The translations under genes were made by a program, and so were the position numbers. Shown here piece after piece: positions 62,309 through 64,000 of a stretch of DNA of 64,000 nucleotides; within the stretch, counting starts at the first letter, position 1; the number at the start of each line of letters is the position of its first letter. Under the pieces are notes generated by a model. The model was not told the DNA's origin and searched no databases. It saw only the letters and a program-made list of their open reading frames with translations. The stretch lies in NCBI GenBank assembly GCA_028716485.1, contig JAQUPS010000005.1, positions 3,666 through 67,665 of the forward strand, written 5' to 3'. The DNA is from Patescibacteria group bacterium. Its GTDB lineage: Bacteria > Patescibacteriota > Patescibacteriia > Patescibacteriales > WJLG01.

Positions 62309-62581
62309 ATGCTTAGCTTTATTAAAAACCTGCTGCGTACAAACTCCCCGGAGATCCCGCGGCATCAAGCCTATATTCCTCAATCTTGCGCGATGCGCTT
62401 TATCCCGCACATCGGCGAAGAATTTTATTATTTTAAATGGTGCGGCGTTGTAGTTGGCGATATTTGGTGCGATCACAAAAATCAGAAGCAGTTGGTCAGG
62501 CGCGGCATGGCGGCATTCCGCACAGTCGAAGAAGCCAAATCAGCCTACTACAATCACGATTACGATTCATCGATTCAGTAA
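62309..62581 (+). CDS. hypothetical phage protein
   Basis: 90-aa ORF. Confidence 0.4.
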   Translation: MLSFIKNLLRTNSPEIPRHQAYIPQSCAMRFIPHIGEEFYYFKWCGVVVGDIWCDHKNQKQLVRRGMAAFRTVEEAKSAYYNHDYDSSIQ

Positions 62582-62593
62582 CCTGGATATTTT

Positions 62594-62941
62594 ATGATAA
62601 TTGCTTTTGATGTTGATGACACCTTGATCGTCCCAGGCGTAGCGACCGGCTTGCCGTTTGATACTCCCAACTACGAAAATATCGCAATTTTCCACTGGTT
62701 CCAGGCCCAAGGTAATTACATGATCATCTGGTCTGGCGGCGGTTGCGATTACGCGCAGCGCTGGGCGGAAAAGCTTGGACTCTCCCCGGTGGCAATCCGG
62801 GTAAAACAGAAATACGACGATGTCGATATCGCCTTTGATGATTGCGCCGGCGTTGATCTGGCCAAGGTGAACGTCAGAGTGAAGCGGATCAACAACGGCA
62901 AATCGCGCAAAGAGTGGAATGACCACAATAAAATTAAATAA
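62594..62941 (+). CDS. small HAD-like protein (tentative)
   Basis: The N-terminal MIIAFDVDDTLI carries a DxDxT motif. Confidence 0.35.
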   Translation: MIIAFDVDDTLIVPGVATGLPFDTPNYENIAIFHWFQAQGNYMIIWSGGGCDYAQRWAEKLGLSPVAIRVKQKYDDVDIAFDDCAGVDLAKVNVRVKRINNGKSRKEWNDHNKIK

Positions 62942-64000
62942 ATGCAAGTCACCCAAAGAGATCTGGACACGATCCTGAATAAGCGATGGCGGATGGAGCA
63001 CCTCTACAAAATTAAAACGGAAGATGCCAGATTGACTAATTTAAAATTCAACGATGACCAGGAAGTGCTCTGGAATTATTGCGCGAGCAAAGGCCACCGC
63101 GGACTTGAGTCGATAATCCCGAAGGCGCGCAAAAAGGGCGTCTCGACTTACTGGTTAATTTATTATTTAGACGATACTCTTTGGACTCCCAACACGACCA
63201 GCGTGATCCTGGCTCACAAAGAAAAGGATCTGCGCAAACTTTTTAAAATCGTTAAACTCGCTTACAGCAAATGCCCGCAATCAATCAAGTTGGAATGTGG
63301 CAAGACCTGGCATAAGCCGGCGGCGAATTACGACAACGTCAACGAGCTGGCCTTCGGCGATATCAACTCAACAATCTACATCGCCCTGGAAAGCCGCGGC
63401 GATACGCCCAGCAACCTGCACGTCTCGGAAGCGGCGCATATCAAAGACGTTGAGCAGCGCCTCATTCCCACCCTGGCGGCCGTACCGACCAATGGACGGT
63501 CAAATGTTTCGATCGAATCGACTGCCAACGGCGTGGGTGATTGGTTTGAGGAAACCTGCTCGGAATGTTCTGCCGGCCACGGGCCTTATGATATCTTTTT
63601 CTTCGGCTGGTGGACTAAAAAACTGAACTCTATCAAGCCGCCGGCCGACTACGAGCCGAGCGAAGAAGCTCTGCACAAAGCAGGGCTTGTTTTGGCGCAA
63701 TACGGCATCAAACTGAGTCCTGAGCAGCTTTGCTGGTGGGATAAGACGAAGAAGCGCCAGCGCCGCATTATGGATCAGGAAAACCCGACTATCCTGTCAG
63801 ACAGCTTCATGACCTCGTCCGGAATGGTCTTTGACAGTGAGGCAATGCAGAAACTGACTACGCGCAAGCCGCTTTATCGCCGCGCGATTAAGATCGAAGG
63901 CGCGGAAGGCAGGATGGAAACGTTCTATGCTGACATTTACGTCAACCCGATGCCGGGCCGGCGCTACATCCTGGGCGGAGATCCGGCCGAGGGAACCGGC
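62942..64000 (+). CDS. terminase large subunit (3' end outside window)
   Basis: Hand-translated; 353 codons stay open to the window end, and the ORF is absent from the track because no stop falls in the window. Motifs: IIPKARKKGVSTYW (Walker A-like), NLHVSEAAH (Walker B-like), and ILGGDPAEGTG at the start of the nuclease domain. Confidence 0.75.
   Translation, partial: MQVTQRDLDTILNKRWRMEHLYKIKTEDARLTNLKFNDDQEVLWNYCASKGHRGLESIIPKARKKGVSTYWLIYYLDDTLWTPNTTSVILAHKEKDLRKLFKIVKLAYSKCPQSIKLECGKTWHKPAANYDNVNELAFGDINSTIYIALESRGDTPSNLHVSEAAHIKDVEQRLIPTLAAVPTNGRSNVSIESTANGVGDWFEETCSECSAGHGPYDIFFFGWWTKKLNSIKPPADYEPSEEALHKAGLVLAQYGIKLSPEQLCWWDKTKKRQRRIMDQENPTILSDSFMTSSGMVFDSEAMQKLTTRKPLYRRAIKIEGAEGRMETFYADIYVNPMPGRRYILGGDPAEGTG

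Larger units (their letters stand above)
52461..64000 (+). mobile_element. phage-like region (prophage or phage-derived block), right end outside window
   Basis: An unbroken + strand array of replication/recombination genes, a lysin, a tRNA, TerS and TerL. It lacks the hairpin or palindrome spacer elements seen in the rest of the window. Confidence 0.7.

Noticed and set aside
1-64000. Alternative genetic code (TGA or TAG reassignment, as in some CPR lineages and their phages)
   Set aside because: Well-supported genes end at TGA (e.g. the methyltransferase at 5099 and parA at 32530), at TAG (e.g. lysS at 48673) and at TAA. Long conserved genes have no in-frame stops. The phage tRNA is a normal Gln(UUG), not a suppressor.

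Overview
The window reads as a compact bacterial chromosome segment with AT-rich spacers, joined to a phage-like block at its right end. Housekeeping genes are fmt, def, nrdR-nrdD-nrdG, dnaE, parA-parB, an ftsW/rodA-type gene, rplY, prmC, prfA, rpmE, greA, lysS, serS and an ftsQ-like gene. There are also large repetitive surface proteins (a 5'-partial FG-GAP protein and a 1789-aa beta-helix/FN3 protein) and a flippase + GT4 + GT2 + O-antigen-ligase-like cluster. The gene set and repeat style resemble small-genome Patescibacteria/CPR bacteria; that placement is inference only. TAA, TAG and TGA all end well-supported genes, so the standard code applies. I saw no rRNA and no CRISPR array. From about 52.4 kb to the window end every gene is on the + strand and phage-like: Rep-O-like protein, AAA ATPase, SLT lysin, ParB-like nuclease, DEDDh exonuclease, VRR-NUC, tRNA-Gln, TerS, and TerL running off the window. 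The most unusual observations are: (1) At 5.25-5.96 kb, small GIY-YIG nuclease genes read into the 5' ends of tRNA-Glu-like sequences; the array has one intact tRNA-Glu(CUC), three decayed or split tRNA copies, and a 44-nt direct repeat bracketing a GIY-YIG+tRNA cassette. (2) A ~33-nt twin-hairpin miniature element has 10-12 bp flanking direct repeats and compensatory stem changes, and also sits inside tRNA-like anticodon loops. (3) nrdD is interrupted, so its glycyl-radical domain is a separate 47-aa ORF with its own Shine-Dalgarno. (4) A ~0.9-kb non-coding locus (46.3-47.2 kb) holds a structured RNA, an 18-aa hydrophobic micro-ORF and a strongly G-depleted tail. (5) GC-rich hairpin or palindrome elements have invaded dnaE, the nrdD 3' end and a tRNA-Leu 3' fragment. 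(6) Heptanucleotide and dinucleotide tandem repeats occur both in spacers and inside a glycosyltransferase gene. All folds, motif matches and counts were done by hand from the sequence; no database search was possible.
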